A stretch of 33,694 bases of DNA from Candidatus Dormiibacterota bacterium (GCA_019234035.1 JAFALX010000262.1:1-33694); one strand, 5' to 3'; numbered from the stretch's first letter, positions 24,831-33,694 are shown. The notes: generated by a model not told the origin, from the sequence alone. Translations and numbers: made by a program.

Positions 24831-25417
24831 GCGTCGCCGTCGCCAGCACCGCGATCAACGTGATCAACATCGTCTCGGTCGTCCTGTACGTTCTGATCCT
24901 GGCTCGCATCCTCATCTCGTGGCTTCCGATCCATCCCTGGCATCCGCTCGTGCGCTGGCTGCGGATCATCGTCGACCCGATTCTCGCGCCGTTCCGGCGG
25001 ATTCTCCCCTCGGTCGCCGGGCTCGACCTCTCGCCACTTCTGGCGATCCTTGTCATTTTCTTCATCGCCCACCTGGCGACCGGCGCGATTGCGCAGGCCG
25101 CAGGTTTCGCTCCGCTGAGCATCCCAGCGCTGGTGGTCTCGTTGATCGCGCAGCTCATCGAAGCGGTGATCATCATCCTGGGTGTGCTGGTGCTGCTTCG
25201 GCTGCTGCTGTCGCTGTTCAGCGCCGACCCGTTCCATCCGCTTGTCGCTGGCATCCGCTCCATGACGAACCCGCTGGTGCGGCCCTTCGCCGGATTCGGA
25301 CGGCGTCGTGCGCTGACCGGACTGGACGTGCCCGCGCTGCTGACGCTGATCCTCTACGTCATTCTGTACGTGGTCGTGGAGATCGTCTTCAACCGGCTGC
25401 TCGTAAGCGTGCTGTAG
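24827..25417 (+). CDS. yggT: YggT-family membrane protein (two YGGT repeats)
   Basis: ATG 24827 overlaps the lgt stop (ATGA). Two repeats: LILARILISWLP...DPILAPFRRILP and LLRLLLSLFSADP...NPLVRPFAGF. Confidence 0.8.
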   Translation: MSVAVASTAINVINIVSVVLYVLILARILISWLPIHPWHPLVRWLRIIVDPILAPFRRILPSVAGLDLSPLLAILVIFFIAHLATGAIAQAAGFAPLSIPALVVSLIAQLIEAVIIILGVLVLLRLLLSLFSADPFHPLVAGIRSMTNPLVRPFAGFGRRRALTGLDVPALLTLILYVILYVVVEIVFNRLLVSVL

Positions 25418-25431
25418 GCGGTTCCCCGCCT
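25416..25431. terminator. Hairpin between the convergent yggT and lipoprotein genes
   Basis: AGGCGG-TTCC-CCGCCT (6 bp) fills the 13-nt gap between the two stop codons. Confidence 0.3.
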
Positions 25432-26549
25432 CAGGACGATCTGATGACGCCGACCAGGCGTCCGCTTCCCACGAGATGCCGCGTGCCGTCGAGTGCCACG
25501 ACGTCGAGCTCTGGGTTGGGCAGCGAGCTGTCGAACGCAACCTGCGCGACCAGGTTGCCGTCATCCAACCAGCCCTCGGCAAACGCGCCGGAGAGGTACT
25601 GCACGGAGTGGTCGGCGACGCTGATGATCGCCGTCTGCGCCTCGGGCTGCTCATTGCATCCGGCGTTGAGCATTGCAACGGCCACCCTGCTCCCGTCGGG
25701 ACTGATGTACGCGCCCTTGGGTTGCAGGCTCGGCGCCGCCGTGTCCGCCCAGGTGAAGGACGTGCGGCCGGAGAGCACGATCGACTGCGCCGTGTCCGCG
25801 GCCTTGGGCGCGCTCACGATCAGCCCGTCGTGCACGTCGACGACCGAGATGGCGTCGAGGTCCGTTCGCGCGCCGGTCTTCGGATTCACGACGAAGCTCC
25901 CGCTCTGATGGCCTGAGGCGCAGCCTGACCACGGAGGCGGCTGGCTGCTCACCAGCCCCTGGTCACTCCATTCGACCAGCCGGTCATACGCCTGGTCGAG
26001 GCTGTTCGCGGTGTCGTTTTCCGTCCACTGATAGACCCTGTGTGGCGCCTCGCCGACTCCGGCGACCCAGAACGAACCGGTGACCGTCACAGGACTGCCG
26101 TTGGCTGCGGGTGAGGGGTTCGTGCCGTCGACCGTCGACCACGCCCACTCGGCGCTGGTCGAGCTGAAGACCTCGCCGGCGCCGCTGCCATTTCCGATCG
26201 AACGGCCGCTCCTGTCGAACACGCTCACCGTCTTCGCCTTGCTGTCCACCTCGAAGAGCCGCGGGCCGGCGGCAACCATGTACGGACCGGGGGATGGATA
26301 CGGCACCGACCAGAGGGGGCTTCCCGACGGATCCTTCGCCTGGAGCACCGTCTGCGTACCGCTTGCCTGCTGCGCGATCAGCACCACCGGCGGCTGCGGC
26401 GCCGCGGACGGCGACGCCGTCGCCGTCGATGGAGCACCTGTCGCGGACGACTGGACACTCGCCGGAGCCGCGGGGGCTCCCCCGCACGCGGCGATCAGCG
26501 CCACGACCGGCAATGCGCCGATCGCTCCCAGTGCAGTGCGGTATCTCAC
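25431..26549 (-). CDS. Hypothetical lipoprotein (possible beta-propeller-like repeats)
   Basis: GTG 26549 (TTG 26567 is an alternative). Signal peptide plus lipobox (LIAACGG), a low-complexity linker, then YISPDGSRVAV-type TolB/WD40-like strands. No confident family assignment. The part of the track ORF upstream of 26549 overlaps the SnoaL gene out of frame. Confidence 0.55.
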   Translation of the reverse strand: MRYRTALGAIGALPVVALIAACGGAPAAPASVQSSATGAPSTATASPSAAPQPPVVLIAQQASGTQTVLQAKDPSGSPLWSVPYPSPGPYMVAAGPRLFEVDSKAKTVSVFDRSGRSIGNGSGAGEVFSSTSAEWAWSTVDGTNPSPAANGSPVTVTGSFWVAGVGEAPHRVYQWTENDTANSLDQAYDRLVEWSDQGLVSSQPPPWSGCASGHQSGSFVVNPKTGARTDLDAISVVDVHDGLIVSAPKAADTAQSIVLSGRTSFTWADTAAPSLQPKGAYISPDGSRVAVAMLNAGCNEQPEAQTAIISVADHSVQYLSGAFAEGWLDDGNLVAQVAFDSSLPNPELDVVALDGTRHLVGSGRLVGVIRSS

Positions 26550-26569
26550 GCGCGAACAGGTGAGCAAGA

Positions 26570-26596
26570 GGGGCCGCGGCCCGGTGCCGCGACCCC
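26570..26596 (-). terminator. GC-rich stem-loop downstream of the SnoaL-like gene
   Basis: On the minus strand GGGGTCGCGGC-ACCGG-GCCGCGGCCCC pairs at 10 of 11 positions and is followed by TCTTGCT. It begins 18 nt after the stop codon. Confidence 0.5.
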
Positions 26597-26614
26597 GTCT
26601 GTGTGTTGAAGACC

Positions 26615-27040
26615 TCAAACGTTGGCGGGCATCGGCACGACGCCCAGCTGCACCATCATGGTCATCGTGTCGTAGTAGCCGTCGAAGCGCGCGATCTTGC
26701 CGTCGCGGATGGTGATCCACCCGGCACCGCGCAGCTCCACCGGCTTGCCGGTTGCCGGGATCTCGCCTGCGGGTCCGACGAGCGGGCCGGTCTGCGTGCC
26801 CCTGTAGAGCATCCGCCCGACCGCTTGGTCGCCGCTCGTGACGATGTCGTCGATCGACACGGTCGCATCCGGGAAGGCGGTCCACCATGCTTTGAGGTAC
26901 TCGCCGACCGCCGCGATGCCCGACACCTCGGCCATCGAGTCCCGGAACTCGACATCCGGCGTGCAGACGGCCGCCAAATCCGCGCTCGAGCTCGCGATGG
27001 CCGCACTGAAGCCATCGAGCAACTCACGAGGAGTTCCCAT
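26615..27040 (-). CDS. SnoaL-like / ester cyclase (NTF2-fold) protein
   Basis: The layout ...FRDSMAEVSGIAAVGEYLKAWWTAFPD..V.I.D....GD.V..R....GT.TGP......IPATGK.V.L.G......RDGKIA.F.GYYD is typical of the ester-cyclase group. ATG 27040 was chosen because GGAG lies 9 nt upstream. ATG 27049 and TTG 27064 are possible. Confidence 0.65.
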   Translation of the reverse strand: MGTPRELLDGFSAAIASSSADLAAVCTPDVEFRDSMAEVSGIAAVGEYLKAWWTAFPDATVSIDDIVTSGDQAVGRMLYRGTQTGPLVGPAGEIPATGKPVELRGAGWITIRDGKIARFDGYYDTMTMMVQLGVVPMPANV

Positions 27041-27170
27041 CGTATCCATCTCCGCGCCCGGCAACCCCCCTCGAGGTTGCAGACCGGGCCGGCGCTCAGT
27101 CTACGCGTGTGACCGCGCGTCTTCCGAAGAGCGGTTACGGGGCCCGGCGAGCGCGAGCGGATCCGACGCC

Positions 27171-30100
27171 TCAGCGTGTCCGCGCAGCGGTGCGGCGATC
27201 GCGCTCGGGTGCGCGCTCGCGGCGGATCTCGACGCGGTATGAGCCGTTCCCGGCAAGCGCTTCGACGGCGCGTTCGAGTGCGGGCCCGGGACACACCTTG
27301 AATGCGTCGGGCAGTGACACGTCGTCGAGACTGGCCGGCCCTGCGACGTGGAGGATCACCGGGCAGTCGCCGCGGTGCTGCTCCAGCGCGTGCCGCAATG
27401 CGACGATGGCCGCCGCGTGCTTCTCGGCGAGACGGATGTGCACGGTGCTGTCGCTGCGCCACGCCGCCAGCCGTGGATCGTCGAAGGCATAGACTGACTC
27501 CGCGAGGATCTTCGCCGGCTCCAGCTCACCGCGCTCGTCGTCCTCGACCGGCGGGGTCGCGCCGTTTGCCGGCCGCCCTGACTCCACCTTGCCGCGCACG
27601 ACGACGACCGCATCGGGCCGCAGCGCGCCGGCGCATTCCTCGAACGTTCGCGCGAACACGACCACCTCGACGGCGCCGGTGAGGTCCTCGATCTGCAGAA
27701 ACGCCATCCGCTGTCCCGTGGTGCTCTTGCGCGGCACGAAGCTGCGCACGTCGCGCACGGCGCCGCCCACCTGCACGATGAGCCCATCGAGATGGGGACC
27801 GAGCTCGTTGATGCTGGTGTCGACGCGCTCCTGCAGCTCCGCCGCGACACGCCGCAGGGGGTGATCGCTCAGGTACATGCCGAGGTACTCGCGTTCCCAT
27901 GCCAGTCGTTCGTCGGCCGCGGCGGGACCGAGCGCCGAGCCGTCGCTCTTCGGCAGCGGCTCGACGGGCGTTCCCATCACGCTCACCTCGGGCTGCGCCG
28001 GCTCGGTGAACCCGGCAGCATCACCGAACAGCGCGATCTGACCCGACTCGCGCTCGCGGCGGATCATCGCGGAGCGGTCCATCACCGCGTCGAGGCTGCG
28101 CAGCATCGCCGCCCGCTCGCCGAGGGCGTCACAGGCGCCACTCTTGATCAGCGCCTCGAGAACGCGGCGGTTCAGATCGCGCGTGTTGACGCGCAGGCAG
28201 AGATCGAGGAGCGAATCGAATGGCGCCCCCTCGGCGCGAGCCTCGACGATGGTGTCGGCCACGCGCTCACCGACGTTCTTGATGTGGCGCAGGCCGTACA
28301 GGATCTCGCCGGAGTCGACGTCACCGATGTTGAACGGGCCGGAGCTGCGATTCACATCCGGCGGCCGCACGACAAGAGCTCGCGCGTGCGCGTCGAGAAT
28401 CGTGAGCTTCAGCTTGTCGAAGTCGCCGGAGCGGCTGTTCAGCAACGCGCACATGTATTCCAGCGGATGGTTCGCCTTCATGTACGCGGTCTGGTAGCCG
28501 ATCAGGCCGTAACAGTGGCTGTGTGCGGCATTGAAGCCGTAACCGGCGAAGTACGCGATGAGGTCGAATATTTCCGCAGCCTTCTCCTCGGCCACTCCCC
28601 GCGCGGCGGCACCGCGCAGGAACTTCTCCCTCTGTGTGGCCATTTTGGCCTTGTCCTTCTTGCCCATCGCGGCGCGCAGCACGTCCGCTTCTCCGAGTGT
28701 GAACCCCGCCACAGCCGACGCGATCTGCATCACCTGGTCCTGGTAGATGATTGTGCCAAACGTTTCCGCCAGACTTGCCTCCATCTCGGGAAGCAGGTAC
28801 TCGACAGGCGCCTCGCCGCGCTTTCGCCGCATGTAGATGTCGACGACGCCACCTTCGATGGGGCCCGGCCGGTTGAGCGCGTTGGCCACCGCCATGTCCG
28901 GGATCGACTGCGGCTGGAGGTCGATGAGCACGCGTTTCGCGAACGTGCCCTCCATCTGGAAGACGCCGTGCGTGTCTGCGCGACACAGCAGCTCATACGT
29001 GGCGCGGTCGTCGAGGGCGATTGCGTCGATGTCGAACTCGATACCCCGCACGCGCCGCACGAGCTCGGCGGCCTCGTCGAGCACCGTGAGGTTGGACAGC
29101 CCGAGAAAATCGATCTTCAGCAGCCCGATCTTCGACACGCCGTTCATGTCGAACTGCGTGATCGCCGCCGAGCCATCACTGCTCGTCGAGCGCTGCAGCG
29201 GCACGACACCCACCAGTGGCTCGGACCCGATCACCACGCCCGCGGCGTGCGTGGATGCGTTGCGCGCGATGCCCTCCAGGCGGCGAGCGTTGTCGATGAC
29301 GTGCGTCGCCCACTCCTCACTCTGGTACAGCTCGCGCAACTCGCGGCTCTCCGCCAGCGCGCGTTCGAGGGTGACACCGACCACCGGCGGCACCAGCTTG
29401 GCCAACCGGTCGACATCGGGAAGCGACACGTTGAGGACGCGCCCCACGTCGCGTATCGCCGCGCGCGCCGCCATGGTGCCGAACGTGATGATCTGCGCGA
29501 CGCGGTCGTGCCCATACTTGTCCTGCACGTAGCGCAGCACGCGGTCACGCCTGCGGTCATCGAAGTCGATGTCGATGTCCGGCATCTGCACACGTTCGAG
29601 GTTGAGGAACCGCTCGAAGATCAACCCGTAATGCATGGGGTCGATGTCGGTGATGCGGAGTGCATACGAGACGATCGAAACGGCAGCGCTGCCGCGACCG
29701 GGGCCGACCCGCACGTGGTTGCAGCGCGCGGCTCGGATCAGGTCCCAGACGATGAGGAAGTACGCGGAGAATCCGGTCTTACTGATGACGCCCAGCTCCA
29801 TCGCCATCCGCTCGCGGTGCGACGCCGGCACGTCGTCGCCGTAGCGGTCGCGTAGTCCAGCCTCGCACAGCTCCTGCAGGTAGCTGTCCGCCGTGTGGCC
29901 CGCGGGAATCGGCTCGTACCGGGGCAGCAGGTTGCGGCCGAGGGACAGCTCGACGTTGCAGCGCTGCGCGATCGCCAGCGTGTTGCTCACCGCCTCGCCA
30001 TACGCCGCGAAGCGCTGTCGCATCGCCGCACCGTCGGTGACGTAGAACTCGGGGCCCGAGAACTTGAATCGCTTCTCCTCCTCGCGGCGGGCGCCCGTCT

Positions 30101-30791
30101 GCAGGCAGAGCAGGATGTCGTGCGACTCGGCGTCGTCGGGCCGGATGTAGTGCGAATCGTTCGTGCACACGAGCGGCAGACCGGTGCGTCGCGCGATCTC
30201 CACGAGCCCCTCGCGCACCGTCCCCTCCTCCTCGATGCCGTGGTCCTGAAGCTCGAGGAAGTAGGCGTCGGGGCCCATGATCTCCGCGTGCTGGCGCGCG
30301 ACCGCTTCGGCCGCGTCCATGTCGCCGCGCAGGATCGCCTGCGGCAGCTCGCCGCCGAGACACGCGGAGAGGCAGATGAGGCCCTCGCTGTGCTGCGCGA
30401 GGAGCTCCTTGTCGATGCGCGGCCTGTAGTAGTGGCCCTCGAGGTGCGCGGTGCTGACCAGGCGGATCAGGTTGCGATAACCGGTGTCGCTCGCCGCAAG
30501 CAGCACGAGGTGGCTCGGGTCACGGTCGGTTCGCGCCTCGCGATCCGTGCGCCCGCGCGGCGCCATGTACATCTCGCAGCCGATGATCGGCTTGATCCCT
30601 GCCGCGGTCGCCTTTGCGTAGAAGTCGACCGCGCCGTACAGCACGCCGTGGTCGGTGATGGCGACCGCCGGCTGGCCCAGCCGCTTGGCGGTGTCGACGA
30701 GCTCGCCGATGCGCGCGGCACCGTCGAGCAGCGAGAACTCCGTATGTGTGTGCAGGTGAACGAAGGGCTCGGTCGCGCCGGCGTCGCTCAC
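27171..30791 (-). CDS. dnaE: DNA polymerase III alpha subunit
   Basis: 1206 aa. GTG start with GAGGAG 10 nt upstream. PHP domain (FVHLHTHTEFSLLDG), polymerase core (GPGRGSAA, PDIDIDF) and a C-terminal OB fold. Confidence 0.97.
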   Translation of the reverse strand: MSDAGATEPFVHLHTHTEFSLLDGAARIGELVDTAKRLGQPAVAITDHGVLYGAVDFYAKATAAGIKPIIGCEMYMAPRGRTDREARTDRDPSHLVLLAASDTGYRNLIRLVSTAHLEGHYYRPRIDKELLAQHSEGLICLSACLGGELPQAILRGDMDAAEAVARQHAEIMGPDAYFLELQDHGIEEEGTVREGLVEIARRTGLPLVCTNDSHYIRPDDAESHDILLCLQTGARREEEKRFKFSGPEFYVTDGAAMRQRFAAYGEAVSNTLAIAQRCNVELSLGRNLLPRYEPIPAGHTADSYLQELCEAGLRDRYGDDVPASHRERMAMELGVISKTGFSAYFLIVWDLIRAARCNHVRVGPGRGSAAVSIVSYALRITDIDPMHYGLIFERFLNLERVQMPDIDIDFDDRRRDRVLRYVQDKYGHDRVAQIITFGTMAARAAIRDVGRVLNVSLPDVDRLAKLVPPVVGVTLERALAESRELRELYQSEEWATHVIDNARRLEGIARNASTHAAGVVIGSEPLVGVVPLQRSTSSDGSAAITQFDMNGVSKIGLLKIDFLGLSNLTVLDEAAELVRRVRGIEFDIDAIALDDRATYELLCRADTHGVFQMEGTFAKRVLIDLQPQSIPDMAVANALNRPGPIEGGVVDIYMRRKRGEAPVEYLLPEMEASLAETFGTIIYQDQVMQIASAVAGFTLGEADVLRAAMGKKDKAKMATQREKFLRGAAARGVAEEKAAEIFDLIAYFAGYGFNAAHSHCYGLIGYQTAYMKANHPLEYMCALLNSRSGDFDKLKLTILDAHARALVVRPPDVNRSSGPFNIGDVDSGEILYGLRHIKNVGERVADTIVEARAEGAPFDSLLDLCLRVNTRDLNRRVLEALIKSGACDALGERAAMLRSLDAVMDRSAMIRRERESGQIALFGDAAGFTEPAQPEVSVMGTPVEPLPKSDGSALGPAAADERLAWEREYLGMYLSDHPLRRVAAELQERVDTSINELGPHLDGLIVQVGGAVRDVRSFVPRKSTTGQRMAFLQIEDLTGAVEVVVFARTFEECAGALRPDAVVVVRGKVESGRPANGATPPVEDDERGELEPAKILAESVYAFDDPRLAAWRSDSTVHIRLAEKHAAAIVALRHALEQHRGDCPVILHVAGPASLDDVSLPDAFKVCPGPALERAVEALAGNGSYRVEIRRERAPERDRRTAARTR

Positions 30792-30948
30792 CGCATCTCT
30801 ACTCCTCGCCGCCTCTGCTCGAACATGCGTACGTTACCACGCCCGGGCCGGGGCCCTGCAAGGTGGTACGCGATCGCAGACACGTAACCGCGAGGCGTAT
30901 TGCCTCGATGAGGGAGAGGAGACTGAAAACCGAACAGGAGTGGTCGAA

Positions 30949-31479
30949 GTGAACAAGCAACAGAGGCACACGGTCCTCACGAGAACCGGCTTCACCCTGC
31001 TCAGCGGCGCCGGTCTGCTGCTCGCGGCATGCGGTGGATCCGGCACGAGCAGCCCAGGCGGCGGAAGTGGATCCGCCGCGGCGTACACATTCTCCACTGC
31101 GAACGTGCCCGGACTGGGCACCGTGCTCGTCAACGGCGACAACCACACGATCTACACCCTCAGCTCCGAGGCAGGCGGCAAGCTGACGTGCACCGACGCC
31201 AATGGCTGCACCAAGGTGTGGCCCGACACCGAGCTGCCGTCGGGTGTGGCTGCGCCGGTCGCCGCAAACGGCGTGCAGTCCTCGCTGCTCGGCACCGTCA
31301 AATCGGCTGACGGCAGCCTGTACTCGACGTACGGCGGCTACCCGCTGTACACGTACTCCGGCGACAGCGGTCCCATGCAGAACCACGGTCAGAGCATCAC
31401 GAGCTTCGGCGGCACGTGGTACGCGATCGATGCGTCCGGAAAGCCGGTGACCACGAGCACGGGCGGCGGCGGGTACTGA
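30949..31479 (+). CDS. Secreted-repeat lipoprotein (COG4315 / Lipoprotein_15-like, Yx[FWY]xxD repeats)
   Basis: GTG 30949 with AGGAG 8 nt upstream; the track start at 30940 overlaps that SD. Lipobox LLAACGG. Repeats NHTIYTLSSE and GYPLYTYSGD. Confidence 0.65.
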   Translation: MNKQQRHTVLTRTGFTLLSGAGLLLAACGGSGTSSPGGGSGSAAAYTFSTANVPGLGTVLVNGDNHTIYTLSSEAGGKLTCTDANGCTKVWPDTELPSGVAAPVAANGVQSSLLGTVKSADGSLYSTYGGYPLYTYSGDSGPMQNHGQSITSFGGTWYAIDASGKPVTTSTGGGGY

Positions 31480-31490
31480 GCTCCTCCCGA

Positions 31491-31518
31491 GCGCCGTTCG
31501 CCCGCCAGCGGGCGGCGC
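31491..31518. terminator. Hairpin between the convergent COG4315 lipoprotein and rlmD-like genes
   Basis: GCGC(C)-GTT-CGCCCG-CCAG-CGGGCG-GCGC is a 6-bp inner stem plus a 4-bp outer stem. It ends at the rlmD-like stop codon. Confidence 0.4.
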
Positions 31519-32805
31519 TCACACGGCTCGCCGCTGCAGGCAGGCGACCGACTCGACATGGTGCGTCTGGGGAAACATGTCGACGATCTCGAGCGAGCAG
31601 AGCTCGTACGGCCCGGACGCGACGAGCACGTGCAGGTCGCGCGCCAGCGTCGCGGGATCGCATGAGACATAGGCGATGCGCTCGGGTCCGGTCAGCGCCA
31701 GCCATGCGCTGACCGCGCTTTCGCAGCCCGCGCGCGGCGGGTCGAGCACGAGGCAATCGATGACGCCGGCGAGCCGGGGCAGCGCGCGCTCCACCGGCTC
31801 GGGCATGTAGGTCAGGCGTTCGCCGACCTCGTTGAGCCGCGCATTGAGCACACCCATGCGCGCCGCCTCCCGGTTGCTCTCGATGCAGATCACGTGCTCC
31901 GCCGTTGCGGCGAGATGCACGGACAGGACGCCGATGCCGGCGTACGCATCGACGACGCGCAGACCGGTCACGTCGCCGAGCGCATGCAGCGCGCATTCGT
32001 AGAGCACGTCCATCTGCATCCAGTTCACCTGGATGAACGTCGCCGGCGTCACACGATAGGCGTGGCCGCGCCAGTGCAGAGTGGTCGACTCGATCGCGAA
32101 GCGCGCCCGCGCCTCGGCATGCGCGGCGACGTCATCCACAACCTCCGCCGGCAGCGCCGACCGCGGCTTGCCCCGCACGAGCAGCTCGATGCCATCACCG
32201 GCGGTGACGTGCACCACCGTCAGCGGAGAGCCGGCCTCGCCCACGCTGCGTCGCGCCAGCTCGCGCAGCGATGCCATCGAGTCGGTGATCGCCGCCGCAT
32301 GAATGAGGCAGTCGTCGATGGCGATGGGCCGCCAGCTGCGGGCGCGGTTGAACCCGAGCTCGGCATCCGCGACGCCACGGTGCCCCGGCACGACATGGAA
32401 CTCGCCACGCCGCCGGTATCGCCACGGATCGTCCATGCCGTGCACCGGAATCTCGGCCGGCGCGGGGACGTGCTGGCGCGCCAGCGCGTCGAGCACCACC
32501 TCGCGCTTGAGGGTCAGCTGACGCGGATACGCGATGTGCTGCCACTGACAACCGCCACACTCGGGGACGTAGCGGCACGGCGGCACCACGCGATCCGGAT
32601 CCGGCTCGATGACGTCGCGCGCAGTCGCGAACGACACCTTGCCCTTGCGAAAGCGCAGCTCGGCGTCCACGAGCTCGCCGGGGATCGCCGCGTCGACCAG
32701 CACCACAGCGCCGTCCTCGTCATGCGCGATGCAGAGTCCGCCGTGCACCATCCGTTCACAGCGCAACCTGATCATCGGGGGGCTTGCGGGGGAGCTCCCC
32801 CGCAT
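31519..32805 (-). CDS. TRAM + Fe-S cluster RNA (uracil-5-)-methyltransferase, RlmD/RumA-like
   Basis: TRAM-like N-terminus, Cys cluster PPCRYVPECGGCQWQH, SAM motif VDAYAGIGV, DPPRAG, and nucleophile motif YVSCDPATLARD. The start is ATG 32805 or ATG 32775 (MIRLRCE). Confidence 0.85.
   Translation of the reverse strand: MRGSSPASPPMIRLRCERMVHGGLCIAHDEDGAVVLVDAAIPGELVDAELRFRKGKVSFATARDVIEPDPDRVVPPCRYVPECGGCQWQHIAYPRQLTLKREVVLDALARQHVPAPAEIPVHGMDDPWRYRRRGEFHVVPGHRGVADAELGFNRARSWRPIAIDDCLIHAAAITDSMASLRELARRSVGEAGSPLTVVHVTAGDGIELLVRGKPRSALPAEVVDDVAAHAEARARFAIESTTLHWRGHAYRVTPATFIQVNWMQMDVLYECALHALGDVTGLRVVDAYAGIGVLSVHLAATAEHVICIESNREAARMGVLNARLNEVGERLTYMPEPVERALPRLAGVIDCLVLDPPRAGCESAVSAWLALTGPERIAYVSCDPATLARDLHVLVASGPYELCSLEIVDMFPQTHHVESVACLQRRAV
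32786..32803. repeat. 18-nt perfect GC-rich palindrome at the gatB / rlmD-like junction
   Basis: GCGGGGGAGCTCCCCCGC reads identically on both strands. Confidence 0.6.
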
Positions 32806-32806
32806 G

Positions 32807-33694
32807 TCACGGACGCGGGAGTCGATCCCGCAGCAGCTGATCCACCAGCCTGGGCTGCGCCTTGCCGCCCGTCGCCTTCATCACCGCGCCCACGAGCCGG
32901 CCCAGCGCCGCGTCCTTGCCACCCTGGAAATCCGCTGCCGCCTCGGGATTCTCCGCGATGGCGCGCTCGACCAGCGCCGTCAGCTCGGCGGTGTCGCTCA
33001 CCTGCGCCAGGCCACGCTCGCGCACGAGCAGCTCGGGATCGCCGCCGGGTACGTAGAGCTCCGCGAGCAGCTCCTTCGCCGTGGGGCCGTTGATGGCGCC
33101 GTCGAGAACCAGGCGCAGCAAGCGGGCCAGCCCGGCGACCCCAAGGCCGCTGTGCGAGAGCGTGCGGCGGTGCTCGTTGGCCAGCGCGGCGACGTCGCCC
33201 GTCAGCCAGTTTGCCGCGATCTTGGCGGGAACATGGGCAGCGACCAGCGCCTCGAACGCATCGGCGTCGTCGCGCGTGGCCGACACCAGCGCGGCGTCGT
33301 ACTCGCTCAGCCCGTGCTGCTCACGGAATCGCTGCGCGCGGGCGTCCGGCAGCTCCGGCAGGCTCGCGCGAACCCGCTCCACGAACGTCGAGCCGAGCTC
33401 CAGCGGCGGCAGGTCGGGCTCGGGGAAGTAGCGGTAGTCGTGCGCGTGCTCCTTGCTGCGCTGCGACACCGTGCGCGCCTGCGTCTCAACCCAGCCGCGC
33501 GTCTCCTGCGGGATGACACGACCGCTGTCGAGGTCGCCGGCCTGGCGGCGGATCTCGTACTCCAGCGCGCGATGCACGGCACGGAACGAGTTCATGTTCT
33601 TGACCTCGACCTTGGTGCCGTACTCGGCCGCGCCGTGCTCGCGCAGCGAGATGTTGGCGTCGCAGCGGAACGAGCCCTGCTCGAGATTGCCGTC
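32807..33694 (-). CDS. gatB: Asp-tRNA(Asn)/Glu-tRNA(Gln) amidotransferase subunit B (5-prime end outside the window)
   Basis: The open frame continues to the window edge (...FRCDANISLR...VEVKNMNSFRAV..A..YEI.RQ). The C-terminal YqeY/GatB domain reads NWL.G.....N......, ANPEAAADFQGGK and G.LVG.VMK.TGGKA.P. Confidence 0.93.
   Translation of the reverse strand, partial: DGNLEQGSFRCDANISLREHGAAEYGTKVEVKNMNSFRAVHRALEYEIRRQAGDLDSGRVIPQETRGWVETQARTVSQRSKEHAHDYRYFPEPDLPPLELGSTFVERVRASLPELPDARAQRFREQHGLSEYDAALVSATRDDADAFEALVAAHVPAKIAANWLTGDVAALANEHRRTLSHSGLGVAGLARLLRLVLDGAINGPTAKELLAELYVPGGDPELLVRERGLAQVSDTAELTALVERAIAENPEAAADFQGGKDAALGRLVGAVMKATGGKAQPRLVDQLLRDRLPRP

Noticed and set aside
27641-27650. 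The palindrome CGAACGTTCG inside dnaE, together with spaced GAAC...GTTC pairs that have N2, N5, N6 or N10 spacers elsewhere (for example 15007-15019 and 22966-22978).
   Set aside because: The spacing is wrong for a LexA dimer operator and all lie within coding sequence.
30821-30836. An SOS-like sequence upstream of dnaE (GAACATGCGTACGTTA). It shares ACGTACG with the radA box and overlaps a TAACGT hexamer.
   Set aside because: Only one half-site is canonical: it reads GAAC-N4-GTAC, and the alternative reading needs an N8 spacer. dnaE1-type polymerases are not usual LexA targets. It is kept only as a note for a matrix scan.
30792-30948. A possible structured RNA or riboswitch in the 157-nt dnaE / COG4315-lipoprotein intergenic region. 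Elements seen: the TACCAC...GTGGTA stem enclosing GGGC-CGGG-GCCC, and the GAGGC-GTATT-GCCTC hairpin.
   Set aside because: The stems are short and I recognise no known riboswitch consensus. The region must already hold two divergent promoters and two SD sequences. This is not enough evidence to call an RNA element.
1-33694. CRISPR arrays, tandem or interspersed repeats, IS elements, prophage genes, toxin-antitoxin pairs and known defence-system genes.
   Set aside because: Reading both strands showed no repeat-spacer periodicity. None of the translated ORFs showed transposase, integrase, capsid or toxin-like motifs. A manual scan cannot exclude short dispersed repeats; a self-dotplot would settle it.

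Overview
This is a high-GC bacterial chromosomal segment, Gram-positive/Terrabacteria-like; the phylum cannot be fixed from sequence alone. It is densely packed with core genes, mostly on the minus strand. Three blocks hold most of them. (1) A Bacillus-like block radA -> PIN/TRAM (YacL-like) -> ispD -> ispF -> cysS -> rlmB -> yacP, chained by 4-nt start/stop overlaps. (2) uvrB followed by a polA -> mutM(fpg) -> GT4 glycosyltransferase chain. (3) dnaE, an rlmD-like methyltransferase and the 3-prime part of gatB. Between these lie accessory-looking genes: a QueD/PTPS-like protein, a DUF151 bifunctional nuclease, a GH18 lipoprotein, an ECF sigma/anti-sigma pair and tRNA-Leu(CAA). Directly after the tRNA comes a compositionally atypical HTH + double-LAGLIDADG gene. 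Further on are a TIGR03086 -> DUF1326 -> DUF2182 module, a stand-alone FEN-like 5-prime nuclease, a phospholipase C-like lipoprotein, a methyltransferase-lgt-yggT operon, an orphan lipoprotein, a SnoaL-like protein and a COG4315 lipoprotein. No CRISPR array, transposase, integrase, rRNA or recognisable defence system was seen. The most unusual items are these. (a) The low-GC free-standing LAGLIDADG/HTH gene sits 25 nt behind the tRNA. (b) The three-gene Cys/His-rich module has no known function. (c) The only two exact GAAC-N4-GTTC (LexA-type) boxes in the window are both intergenic. (d) A TAnnnT-N6-start geometry recurs and implies leaderless mRNAs. (e) The conserved N-terminus of ispD lies upstream of any ATG/GTG/TTG. 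All calls come from reading the translations and sequence by eye; no database search was run.
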